Shown piece after piece: positions 1 through 12,292 of a stretch of 64,000 nucleotides of DNA (position 1 is the stretch's first letter; the number at the start of each line of letters is the position of its first letter). A model generated the notes under the pieces. The model was given only the letters and a program-made list of their open reading frames with translations, ran no database searches and was not told the DNA's origin. The position numbers and the translations under genes are program-made. This stretch comes from Candidatus Wolfebacteria bacterium GW2011_GWA1_44_24 (lineage in GTDB: Bacteria > Patescibacteriota > Minisyncoccia > UBA6257 > UBA9933): contig LCIO01000001.1 of assembly GCA_001001115.1 (NCBI GenBank), forward strand, positions 71,501 to 135,500, written 5' to 3'.

Positions 1-553
1 CAAAACCGTAGAATATGGTTCTGCGATTTGCCAATTTCATAGTTTCTCGCGTTAATCCTTTTGCCCAATAATAACCGATTATTGCCGAGCTTAAAACATG
101 GAGCAATGTGGCGCCCGCAAAACGAAAAGTGACTATTCCGAGAACTTCCGCCAATTCCAAATGCTGTCCCGCAAAATTTCCGAAAACCACGAAAATGTTT
201 TCCAAAGCCGCGAATCCCAAAGCCGCGGTGACCATATACATCATCGCGTCAATCGGTTCGTCAAAAAATTTATTTTTATAAACCGCCAAATAAACGACCA
301 GAAATTTCAGGATTTCTTCGCTGGCTCCAAAAACAAAAAAAGAAAAAATACCGTAATGGCTGATTTTCAAATATTCAAAAAATTCCCGTAGAAAGAATTG
401 GAAAACTACGGCAGCCAAAGCGATTAAAGCGCCGTCCAAAAAAATCCGGGCAATCATTTTTTTCGGCTCCGGATGGATATCTTCTTTCAGAAAGAAAATA
501 AGCCAGACAAAAGAAGGAAGAAGGCCGAAAATCACAGCAAAGAGAATTACCAT
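1..553 (-). CDS. PrsW-family intramembrane metalloprotease (3' end outside window)
   Basis: Manual translation from ATG at 553: MVILFAVIFGLLPSFVWLIFFLKEDIHPEP...ASEEILKF...LGFAALEN...ATLLH, matching the PrsW EExxK, FxxxE and H motifs. Not in the ORF track because it is truncated. Confidence 0.8.
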   Translation of the reverse strand, partial: MVILFAVIFGLLPSFVWLIFFLKEDIHPEPKKMIARIFLDGALIALAAVVFQFFLREFFEYLKISHYGIFSFFVFGASEEILKFLVVYLAVYKNKFFDEPIDAMMYMVTAALGFAALENIFVVFGNFAGQHLELAEVLGIVTFRFAGATLLHVLSSAIIGYYWAKGLTRETMKLANRRTIFYGF

Positions 554-2724
554 TTTTCTATTATTAACATTTTCTTATTTTCGGCTTGCCCCAAGCCGCG
601 TAGAACGGGTAAATACGACCAGATTTCTTCGGTAATGAACGGCATAAAAGGATGCAACAATTTAATACTGCCTTTTAAAATTTCCAATAAAATATATTGA
701 GCCGCTAATTTATCTTTTTTATTTTCATTATTTAGTCGCGGTTTCATTTCTTCTATGATTTTATCACAAAAAATATGCCAAAAATAATGGTAAATTTTTT
801 CGCTTGCCGCGTAAAATTTAAAAGATTCCATAAGATTAGAAATATCTTTTTTAATTTTTGATAATTCATTCAATTTCTTTTTATCAGTCGCGCTTAATTT
901 CGGCTTTGATTTAAAATCAAAATTTTCAGAATTTATCAGAACAAAACGGCTTGCTTGCCAAATTTTATTGGCAAAATTTCGATAGCCGCGAACTTTATCT
1001 TCTGAAAATACCGGATCGTTCCCCGGCGTATTGCCTACAATCAAGGCCATTCTCAAAGCATCGGCTCCGTATTCATTAACAACGCCGAGCGGATCAATGA
1101 CATTACCTTTTGATTTTGACATTTTTTGCTTGAATTCATCGCGTATCAATCCGTGAAGATAAACATTTTTAAAAGGAATTTTTTTGGCGCGATAAATTCC
1201 GAGCATTATCATCCTTGCCACCCAAAAAAACAAAATATCCCAGCCGGTTTCCATCACGTTTGTCGGATAAAAATTTTTAAAATCTTTTTTGTCGGGATAG
1301 CCCAAAGTTAAAAACGGCCACTGACCCGAAGAAAACCATGTGTCAAAAACATCCAGGTCTTGTTTAATTTCAACGCTTGAACATCTAGCGCATCTGGCCG
1401 GTTTTTCTTTTGAAATAATCCATTCTCGGCAATTTTCACATTGCCATGCCGGAATCCGAATGCCCCAGACAATCTGGCGCGAGATATTCCAATCGCGGAT
1501 ATTTTTTAACCAATGAAAATAAACTTTTTTAAATCTTTCGGGAATAAATTTTATCCGCCCTTTTTTGACGGCTTCAACGGCGGATTTCGCCAACGGCTTC
1601 ATTTTTACGAACCATTGTTCCATCAATCTCGGTTCAATGACATTTTTACACTTGTAGCATAAGGCGATATTATGGCGATAAGTCAAATCGATTTTTTCAA
1701 TCAATCCTTTTTTCTCCAGGTCTTCAACAATTAATTTTCGCGCTTCCGAAATTTTAAGTCCTTCGTATTTTTTAGCCTCTTCGCTATCCGGAAAATGCCT
1801 TATTAAATTCATCTTGCCGTATTTGTTTATCACTTCGCGGGGCCCTTCAATTTCGTTCTTATGCCTTTGCCATATTTCGTAATCGTTCAAATCGTGGGCC
1901 GGAGTGACTTTTACCGCGCCGGTTCCGAATTCGGGGTCAACCGCCGGATCGGCAATTACTTTTAATTTAACCTTCGCGATAACGACATCAACTTCTATTT
2001 CTTTCCCCGTTAAACTTTTATACCTTTTATCTCCGGGATTAACGGCTATCGCCGTGTCTCCGAAAATGGTTTCTGGCCGCACGGTCGCAACCGTCAACGG
2101 GCCGTACTTTATATAATATAAAGGATCAATGCGCTCCTCGTGAACAATTTCCAAATCGGAAAAACCGGTCTGATGCTTGACACACCAATGGACAAGACGG
2201 TTGCCGCGATAAATCAATCCTTCTTTATAAAAATCAACGAAGGCTTCCTGCGTTTTGGAAATAATATCTTCGTCTAATGTAAATTTTTTTCTCGACCAAT
2301 CGCAGGAAGCGCCGAGTTTGCGAATCTGATTTTCCATCAACGCTTTATTTTTTTGGGTGAAATCCCATATTTCCTGATAAAATTTTTCTCGGGCGATCTC
2401 AAATCTGTTTCTGCCCTCTTTTTCAATTATTTTGTCGTAAACGATTTGAGTTTCAAAACCGGCATGATCGGCGCCGGGAAGCCACAATGTTTTATCGCCT
2501 TTCATCCGTCGGTAACGGATCATTATGTCTTCAAGAGCCAGCATTAAAGCATGTCCCAAATGTAAAGAGCCGTTGGCGTTCGGTGGCGGCATTATTATCG
2601 TAAAAGTTTTTTTTCTTTTTCCCGGAAGATTATCGGGATTAAAAAATCCGCTTTTCTCCCAAAGTTTGTAAATTTTTTCTTCAATTTCCCTGGGATTATA
2701 GGGATTATCGAATTGCTTCAACAT
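547..2724 (-). CDS. valS: Valine--tRNA ligase (lacks C-terminal coiled coil)
   Basis: PPPNANGSLHLGH (HIGH), DWNISRQ, KMSKS. Start taken at MLKQF. Confidence 0.96.
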   Translation of the reverse strand: MLKQFDNPYNPREIEEKIYKLWEKSGFFNPDNLPGKRKKTFTIIMPPPNANGSLHLGHALMLALEDIMIRYRRMKGDKTLWLPGADHAGFETQIVYDKIIEKEGRNRFEIAREKFYQEIWDFTQKNKALMENQIRKLGASCDWSRKKFTLDEDIISKTQEAFVDFYKEGLIYRGNRLVHWCVKHQTGFSDLEIVHEERIDPLYYIKYGPLTVATVRPETIFGDTAIAVNPGDKRYKSLTGKEIEVDVVIAKVKLKVIADPAVDPEFGTGAVKVTPAHDLNDYEIWQRHKNEIEGPREVINKYGKMNLIRHFPDSEEAKKYEGLKISEARKLIVEDLEKKGLIEKIDLTYRHNIALCYKCKNVIEPRLMEQWFVKMKPLAKSAVEAVKKGRIKFIPERFKKVYFHWLKNIRDWNISRQIVWGIRIPAWQCENCREWIISKEKPARCARCSSVEIKQDLDVFDTWFSSGQWPFLTLGYPDKKDFKNFYPTNVMETGWDILFFWVARMIMLGIYRAKKIPFKNVYLHGLIRDEFKQKMSKSKGNVIDPLGVVNEYGADALRMALIVGNTPGNDPVFSEDKVRGYRNFANKIWQASRFVLINSENFDFKSKPKLSATDKKKLNELSKIKKDISNLMESFKFYAASEKIYHYFWHIFCDKIIEEMKPRLNNENKKDKLAAQYILLEILKGSIKLLHPFMPFITEEIWSYLPVLRGLGQAENKKMLIIEKW

Positions 2725-3502
2725 AAATTTGCGTTTGATTCGGGTCGGCAAGATTGAAATTGAGCAACGGCGACGCGGTTGCCGTCATTAAAGAAACGTT
2801 TTGAGGAAAAGCGATTCGGAAAAAAAAATCTTCAAATGCTTTTAAATTTTCCAGTTCGGTTTTGGAAACACTGATTTTCACGCCATTTTTATTCGCCAAA
2901 AAACCGATAATTCTTAATCTTGAAAGAAGAAAAGCGTTGTTATTCAAAACAAATCCGCTTGTTTCTATTTTTATTTTATCTTCAGCCATTGCCGTTTTCG
3001 CCTCCCTAATCTGAATTTTAGGGCGTTCAAATTCGCTTTTCGATTTCCAGCCGACATCGGCGATGGATATTCTGATATCCGAAACATCTCTCGGATTAAT
3101 TTCAAGCGGCTCAACGATATATTTTATTTCAGCCGCGTAAATGAAAGATTTTCGGGTTAAACTTTTAATTTTTCCTCCATTTTTGCCGTAAATATCCAGA
3201 GTGTAAGAAAAACCGTCGGCGCCGTAATTGGCGTTGGAATTTTTGATTTCCGCCGCAACCGCGATTTTATCGCCGGTTGGAAAATATTTTACCCAATTTA
3301 CTTGAATCGGAGATAGAGTTTTAATTTCGCAGGATTGACATGACCCGCCGCAATCAATGCCGGTTTCGCTTTGATTTTGTCTATTATCAAAACAACTCGG
3401 CGCCTGTTTTATTATAAAAAAATAAATGCCGTAAAAAATCAAAGAAAAGAAAAACAAATATCCGGCGCCGTAAAGAAGCTGTTTTACTAAACGTTTATTC
3501 AT
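2705..3502 (-). CDS. Membrane-anchored hypothetical protein with Cys motif
   Basis: N-terminal TM helix, then CFDNRQNQSETGIDCGGSC. Confidence 0.65.
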   Translation of the reverse strand: MNKRLVKQLLYGAGYLFFFSLIFYGIYFFIIKQAPSCFDNRQNQSETGIDCGGSCQSCEIKTLSPIQVNWVKYFPTGDKIAVAAEIKNSNANYGADGFSYTLDIYGKNGGKIKSLTRKSFIYAAEIKYIVEPLEINPRDVSDIRISIADVGWKSKSEFERPKIQIREAKTAMAEDKIKIETSGFVLNNNAFLLSRLRIIGFLANKNGVKISVSKTELENLKAFEDFFFRIAFPQNVSLMTATASPLLNFNLADPNQTQIYVEAIR

Positions 3503-3539
3503 ATTAAATAATTTTAACAAAAAAAATGAAAACAAAAAA

Positions 3540-3654
3540 GCCGGCAAACCCTACTTTCCCAGCCGCCGAAGCAGCAAGTATCATCGGGACCGTACGCTTT
3601 CACTTCTCTGTTCGGAATGGGAAGAGGTGGGACACATACGGTTAAATCACCGGC
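3540..3654 (-). rRNA. rrf: 5S rRNA
   Basis: Reverse complement holds CCCATTCCGAACAGAGAAGTGAA; ends pair (gccgg/ccggc); lies downstream of 23S. Confidence 0.92.
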
Positions 3655-3714
3655 TTATTTATTTATTCAATTTATTAAATCCTGAACCGAATTACGCGCT
3701 CGGCGCTCCGGTTT

Positions 3715-6692
<2,978 letters not shown>

Positions 6693-6948
6693 TAAAAACC
6701 AGAGCGCTGAATGCGCAACGCTCCGATTTCGGGACTTAAAAATTGGATTTTTCAGTTTTCAACGAGCAATCGGCCGGTTGTTTCATCTTTAGCATTCCAC
6801 TTTCAATCATCTTGAACCGATGAGCGAAAGCGGAGCGCCAATGAAATAAAAAATCCGCCTTGAGGCGGACAAACATCGACAAAACGCAAATTTCGCCGAA
6901 TGATTCATCCGCTTGATATGTTTAATAATTTAATCATCTTATTTGTAA

Positions 6949-6978
6949 ATTATATGTTTGCGCCCCAATTCTTGTCAA
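6949..6978 (-). promoter_or_regulatory. Sigma70-type promoter for the 23S-5S unit
   Basis: TTGACA-N18-TATAAT on the minus strand upstream of 23S. Confidence 0.7.
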
Positions 6979-6994
6979 TAGACAAAATGACAAT

Positions 6995-7363
6995 TTAGTA
7001 TTCTTCTTTCATCGCCTCGGCTTTGGTTTTTTGAATTCGGTCTGCCGGATGATTCACCGGCGAATAAACGGTGTAAATCTTCAACGGCGTTGAGCCGGTA
7101 TTCCTGAAATTGTGCTTGACGCCGGCATTAACAAAAACCAAATCCCCTTCTTTTACTGGCGACGGCTGGCTCTCTATCACCGCCTCGCCATTGCCTTGAA
7201 CAAAAACCAAAATCTGATCAACGGCGTCGTGAACTTCTTCGCCAATGTCTTCTCTCGGCAACAAAGACATTAAAACAATCTGGGAATGTTTTCCCGTACT
7301 GACCACCTGCCGGAAATTTTCGTTTTGCTTGGCGAGCTCAATTATATTTTTATGAAAAACCAT
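6995..7363 (-). CDS. Cupin domain protein
   Basis: IGEEVH...DQ...G.G...GDLVFVNAGVKHNFRN cupin motifs. Confidence 0.85.
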   Translation of the reverse strand: MVFHKNIIELAKQNENFRQVVSTGKHSQIVLMSLLPREDIGEEVHDAVDQILVFVQGNGEAVIESQPSPVKEGDLVFVNAGVKHNFRNTGSTPLKIYTVYSPVNHPADRIQKTKAEAMKEEY

Positions 7364-7369
7364 ATTATT

Positions 7370-7498
7370 TTATTTTTCCAATTTTTCGAAATGAGATTTT
7401 GAAACGCCGCACCGCGGACAAATATCCGGCGGATTATCGCCTTCGTGGATATAGCCGCAAACATCGCATTTCCATTTTGTCGATTTTTCTTCCGCCAT
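7370..7498 (-). CDS. Rubredoxin-like small protein (42 aa)
   Basis: Manual translation MAEEKSTKWKCDVCGYIHEGDNPPDICPRCGVSKSHFEKLEK; two CxxCG motifs. Confidence 0.85.
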   Translation of the reverse strand: MAEEKSTKWKCDVCGYIHEGDNPPDICPRCGVSKSHFEKLEK

Positions 7499-7542
7499 AA
7501 TAATCTTATTATATATCTATTTTATTATAAATCAAAATTAGC

Positions 7543-7617
7543 TGGGGTGCCCGATGGGAATCGAACCCACGTTGCCGCTGCCACAGAGCGGAGCTTTACC
7601 ATTAAGCTACGGGCACC
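7543..7617 (-). tRNA. tRNA-His(GTG)
   Basis: Cloverleaf, anticodon loop CTGTGGC, G-1, encoded CCA. Confidence 0.93.
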
Positions 7618-7618
7618 A

Positions 7619-7704
7619 TGGTGCCCGGGGTGGGACTCGAACCCACAACCTTTTTAAAGGCACGGATTTTAAGTCCGCTGCGTAAACCATTCCGCCACCC
7701 GGGC
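7619..7704 (-). tRNA. tRNA-Leu(TAA)
   Basis: Cloverleaf with long variable arm, anticodon TAA, CCA. Confidence 0.93.
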
Positions 7705-7708
7705 ATTG

Positions 7709-7780
7709 AGGCCTGAGGGAGAATCGAACTCCCGTATAAGAGTTTTGCAGACTCTCGCCTTACCACTTGGCTATCAGGCC
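7709..7780 (-). tRNA. tRNA-Cys(GCA)
   Basis: GGCCTGA/TCAGGCC acceptor stem, U73, anticodon GCA. Confidence 0.92.
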
Positions 7781-7809
7781 GTTGAATTTATAAAAATTAT
7801 AATTATTTA

Positions 7810-9214
7810 TTACATCCAAAGCAAGTGGTCTCCTTCTTTTATAAGAATATCCGATTCAAACATTAAGCCGCATTCTTCTTCGGTTTTTACTTCATTAACT
7901 GTCTGTTTTTGCCGGCGCAAGCTGGAAATTTTGCCGGTTCCGATTTCGTTGTTTTCTCTGACGATTTTCAGGCGAATATTATTTTTGATGACACCTGTAA
8001 CGACCCGTCCGCCAATCAATTGTTTTTTGCCTTTTGGCGAACTGAAAATTTTAAGAATTTCCAGTTCAGCTTGAGGCAATGGTTTTTCCAACAACCTTGC
8101 TTCTTGTTTAAGCAAATCAATCAATTCATAGATGATTCCCGAGGAAATAATTTTAATATTTTGGGCTTTGACAAAACTTTCCGCGACTTTATTGATTTTT
8201 GTTTTGAAGGCGACAATAACGGCGTTGGAATTAACGGCGTCTTTGACATCGCCATCGGTAATCTCACCGATTGATTCTTTTAATATATTTATTTTAATGT
8301 TTCCAAAATCGGTATTTTTAATGATTTCCGAGAGAATTTCCAAAGAACCGCTGACATCGGCTTTAAGAATCGTATTAAAAATCCGAAAATATCCACCCGC
8401 CGGGACGCCTATTTCTTGAACTCGCGGAATCGGCGAAATAATATCCGCGGCGGGCGCGGCCGCGGAAAATCAAAGCCGGACTCGAAGGCCGAAGTTCTGC
8501 CGTTTTTTCTCCCAAAAAATTCTCCAAAATTTTTATTTTTCCGCCGGCGCCGAAAGTGGCAATTTTATCTCCGATTTTCAAAATTCCGTTCTCCGCGATG
8601 ACGGAAACGACGATCCCGCGGCGATTGTCGGATTTCGCTTCGATAATCACGCCGCCGGCGTCAGCGTCCGGATTGTAAGTCAAATTTTCCATTTCAGCCG
8701 CCAACAAAACCAAGTCCAGTAATTCATCGACTCCTTGGCCGGTTTTGGCTGAAATTGCCTGCCAGGAAACATTGCCGCCGCGGCCCTCAAGCAAAACGCC
8801 GTTTGCCGTCAAATCGTTGATGGTTTTTTCAATGTCCGCGTTCGACTTGTCTATTTTGTTAACGGCGACGACAAACGGCGTTTTGGCCGAATTCAAAATT
8901 TCAATGGATTCTTTAGTTTGAGGTTTAACGCCGTCGTCGGCCGCCACCACTAAAATCGCCAAATCAGCCGCAATAGCTCCCCGAGAACGCATTTTTGAAA
9001 ACGCTTCGTGTCCGGGCGTATCGATAAAGGTTATTTTTTTGCCATTATGAATAATTTCATAAGCGCCGATTGATTGAGTTATGCCGCCGGCTTCCCTGGC
9101 GACAAAATTGGTCTTGCGGATAAAATCCAGCAAACTGGTTTTGCCGTGGTCAACGTGTCCAAGAACCGCCACAATCGGCGGCCGGATTATTAAATTTTTG
9201 ACTTTTTCTGTCAT
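7810..9214 (-). CDS. infB: Translation initiation factor IF-2 (short form), split by a frameshift near 8465
   Basis: 8375-9214: [28 protein letters not shown]. The second frame holds [10 protein letters not shown] and C-terminal EECG. Confidence 0.9.
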
Positions 9215-9307
9215 GATTGGAAAGGCTAACAGAAAAAATTGACAAACACAAGATTTTTTATAATTCTTGATTCTTGATTCATTATTCAGTATTCTTAACG
9301 AAAGAAT

Positions 9308-9397
9308 GGAGGCGTGGCTGAGCGGTTTAAAGCAGCATCCTGCTAAGATGTTAGGGGAGCAATCCTCTCGGAGGTTCGAATCCTCCCGCCTCCGCCA
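9308..9397 (+). tRNA. tRNA-Ser(GCT)
   Basis: Long variable arm, loop CTGCTAA, GCCA end. Confidence 0.93.
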
Positions 9398-9399
9398 AG

Positions 9400-9909
9400 T
9401 TGGGAAAAATTATGAACAGCGAATTAATTGAAATAATTTGGCAAATTTCGGAAGAAGAATTTAGGTCAAAAGATATTTCTTGGCGCTGGTTAAGTTTGAT
9501 TGCGGCGATAGTTTTGCTGGCTTTTGCTTTTTGGCAAAAGAATTTTTTATTCGCGATTTTTGTGGTTATTGCTTTTTTAACGCTCAATGTTTTGTCCGGC
9601 CGCTTTCCGACAATCTGGGAATTCAAACTGAACAAAGAAGAAATATCTCTTAATTCGCTCAAAGGAGAGGGCAAAAAATCTTATTCTCTAAAAGATATCG
9701 AGAGTTTTGACATTCATGAAGAAATCGGCGGCGTTGAAAATTACAAAGAATTGGTGTTAAAATTAAAATCTCAATTTTCGCCGTTTTTAAAAATCAATAT
9801 TCATTCGGAAGACGAACAAAAAATCAATGAATTTCTTTTAAAATTCATCCCGCGGGAAGAACATCCGAAGTCGCTGATTGATTCATTGCAAAAATTAACG
9901 GGATTTTAA
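9400..9909 (+). CDS. Hypothetical membrane protein (2 TM plus soluble domain)
   Basis: 169 aa ORF between tRNAs with two hydrophobic helices. Confidence 0.65.
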   Translation: MGKIMNSELIEIIWQISEEEFRSKDISWRWLSLIAAIVLLAFAFWQKNFLFAIFVVIAFLTLNVLSGRFPTIWEFKLNKEEISLNSLKGEGKKSYSLKDIESFDIHEEIGGVENYKELVLKLKSQFSPFLKINIHSEDEQKINEFLLKFIPREEHPKSLIDSLQKLTGF

Positions 9910-9912
9910 AAC

Positions 9913-9984
9913 GCCCTCGTCGTTCAACGGATAGGACGCAAGATTGCGGATCTTGCAATAGGGGTTCGATTCCTCTCGAGGGCA
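9913..9984 (+). tRNA. tRNA-Arg(GCG)
   Basis: Anticodon arm CAAGA-TTGCGGA-TCTTG; GCCCTCG/CGAGGGC acceptor. Confidence 0.9.
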
Positions 9985-9995
9985 TAATTAAATAG

Positions 9996-10027
9996 AAAAA
10001 TCCCGTTTGTTTACAAACGGGATTTTT
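9996..10027. terminator. Bidirectional intrinsic terminator
   Basis: AAAAATCCCGTTTG...CAAACGGGATTTTT between convergent genes. Confidence 0.8.
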
Positions 10028-10042
10028 TAAAACTTTCCGATT

Positions 10043-10618
10043 TTAATGAAGGAACGGATGATGATTATTGAACGCGCCACTTTCTTCTGTTTCTTTTGTT
10101 TCTTCTTGGAAAAAACGTCTAACGATATATGGCCGGGGCGTAATCAGGCCAAAATGGGAATGATGAGGAAGAATAACAGGAAAAGCGATTGTGAGCGGAC
10201 CAGATAAATTGTTGTTTATCGCGCGCGTTATTGGTATACGACAACAGACAATCCATTTTTCCTCGTCTCCTTCAGCCACATTTCCGGCTATTTCTTTAAT
10301 CTCTTCTTGATACGGCCAGTCCTTAATTTGGCCGATAAATAACACTCCCCACGACAAAAGCGCTTCTTTTGAAAAAATTACTTTCTCAAGTTCGCCGTTA
10401 AGCAAAGTTTGAGTCGTTGAATTTATCAAAAGAGGAAGAGGAAAATAAAACTGAAGCAAGCCGAAATTATTTTCTTCCTCCGTTTCTCCAAACCATTGAA
10501 GCGCCACTATCTTTTTTGCGGAATCGCCATGTTTTACTTCTACGGCAAAAACGGCCGGGTATTTTACGTATTTATTTCTGTCAATAAAAGCCGCCAATAA
10601 ATGTTTTTTTCCGTCCAT
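10043..10618 (-). CDS. Hypothetical protein
   Basis: 191 aa ORF with an AGGAGG RBS; no recognised motif. Confidence 0.6.
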   Translation of the reverse strand: MDGKKHLLAAFIDRNKYVKYPAVFAVEVKHGDSAKKIVALQWFGETEEENNFGLLQFYFPLPLLINSTTQTLLNGELEKVIFSKEALLSWGVLFIGQIKDWPYQEEIKEIAGNVAEGDEEKWIVCCRIPITRAINNNLSGPLTIAFPVILPHHSHFGLITPRPYIVRRFFQEETKETEESGAFNNHHPFLH

Positions 10619-10700
10619 TTATCCCTCCTTTTAAGTTATCAAATACGAAATTCGAAGCTGCTTAGAGTATGCCAAAATGCGATTAAAAAGTCAAAATCAT

Positions 10701-11372
10701 TTATGGAATAATCAGCGCGAACTCCCCCTTTCCTTTTTTGCCGCTGAAATAATTTTTTACTTGTTCAACGCTTCCCCAAAAACGCTCCTCGTGGATTTTG
10801 GTCAACTCTTTGACAATAAAAATCTTGCAATCTTTGCCGAAAATCTCCGCTAAATTATCAAGGGTTTTAATTAAGCGATGGGGCGATTCATATAAGATAA
10901 TCGGCCTGATTCCATTATCTTTTAAATTTTGAAAAAATTTCAGCCGTTTTTTCTTTGACGGCGGATAACCGGCAAAAACAAATTGATTGGCAAAAATTCC
11001 GGCGATTGATAAAGCCGCCACCGTAGCCGACGGTCCAGGAATCGTCATGATTTTCGCTTCCGGCAATTCCTTGTTAATATAAGCCACTAAAAGCGCGCCG
11101 GGGTCGGAAATCGCCGGCGTGCCCGCGTCGGAAACCAAAGCGACGCTCTCCCCTTTTTGAAGCCGAGAATTAATTTCTCGATAAGTTTTTTCCGGATAAT
11201 ATTCATTATACCGCTCAAGAGGCGTATGAATATCGTAATGCGAAAGTAGTTTTTTGGTGATTCGCGTGTCTTCGGCCAAAATCAAATCAACGCTTTTTAA
11301 TATCTCCAAAGCTCGCAAAGTAATATCTTTTAAGTTGCCTATTGGAGTGGCAACGATATATAAAGCGCCCAT
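10701..11372 (-). CDS. rsmI: 16S rRNA (cytidine1402-2'-O)-methyltransferase
   Basis: LYIVATPIGNLKDIT, AEDTR, VSDAGTPAISDPG, YESPHR, ELTKIHE. Confidence 0.95.
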   Translation of the reverse strand: MGALYIVATPIGNLKDITLRALEILKSVDLILAEDTRITKKLLSHYDIHTPLERYNEYYPEKTYREINSRLQKGESVALVSDAGTPAISDPGALLVAYINKELPEAKIMTIPGPSATVAALSIAGIFANQFVFAGYPPSKKKRLKFFQNLKDNGIRPIILYESPHRLIKTLDNLAEIFGKDCKIFIVKELTKIHEERFWGSVEQVKNYFSGKKGKGEFALIIP

Positions 11373-11433
11373 TTGAAATTACAATAATAAATTATATGGA
11401 TTTGTCAAAATAATAATAAAAAAGGCCCCTAAA

Positions 11434-12216
11434 TTAACGAGGCCTTGTCGCCGAAGAATCACCGACAATAAGATATTTGCCGGCAAAAGCAATCGGTTTG
11501 CGGTCATTCCGCAAAAGCCACGATGCTCTCTTCATATTCCTGTTTTTTTCGTAGTCATCGTCCAAAACTCCATAATGATCAAGAAATTTGTTCAACTTTG
11601 CCGATATTCTGATGCAACCCTTGGAGTCACGCTTCCCCAATCTTTTTTCTCCGTAAATCGGGTCAGTCGCATGTATAAGCAAACGAATCTGCTTTCCGCC
11701 GTTTTTATATTCTGTTTTCTGCCAGCCAAAATCCCATATCCGACTGCCTTTTTCCCCTAACCCTTTCCAACCTTTGTCATTTTTTGTTCCCAGCGCCCGA
11801 TAACCGAAATTCTTAACCGTGTTTTCAAAAACTCCCACTGGCGTCAAAAAATGGCCCTTTCTAACGGGATTGCCGGTTGAAACTATATCCGCGCCGATAA
11901 TATTCACATTTTTGCCGAACGAATCGAAAAAACATATGAATATCAGCTGTTTTGCCGGATTACGGTCAACATAAACAAAATACTTCGACTCGTTTGGATT
12001 TTCCGGCGAAATTATTCTAGCGGCGTCGGACAAAACAAATTGAAGATAATCGCCGTCCAATTTGATTTCTTCTCTGTTGCCAACCGTTTCTTTGAACAAA
12101 TCCCTGATTCTCGCCGATTCCGCTTTTTGAATTTCATTTATTTCGGCGCTTATTTCCGTTCGAACAAAAACGCTTAATAATGCAATCAAAGCAAGCAGAA
12201 CCCTGCCGTAAGCCAT
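11434..12216 (-). CDS. L,D-transpeptidase (YkuD family), secreted
   Basis: Signal peptide; VSTG, TPVG, HATDP...SKGCIR catalytic motif. Confidence 0.8.
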   Translation of the reverse strand: MAYGRVLLALIALLSVFVRTEISAEINEIQKAESARIRDLFKETVGNREEIKLDGDYLQFVLSDAARIISPENPNESKYFVYVDRNPAKQLIFICFFDSFGKNVNIIGADIVSTGNPVRKGHFLTPVGVFENTVKNFGYRALGTKNDKGWKGLGEKGSRIWDFGWQKTEYKNGGKQIRLLIHATDPIYGEKRLGKRDSKGCIRISAKLNKFLDHYGVLDDDYEKNRNMKRASWLLRNDRKPIAFAGKYLIVGDSSATRPR

Positions 12217-12292
12217 AAATTCCTCCTTTCCTGAAAATAAATTTTTAAAAAACCTCTTATAATGATAAGCAAAGACAGCCAAGCCGTCAATC

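Noticed and set aside
9239-9264. TTGACA/TATAAT pair upstream of tRNA-Ser(GCT)
   Set aside because: The spacer is only 14 bp, so the two boxes cannot be called as one promoter.
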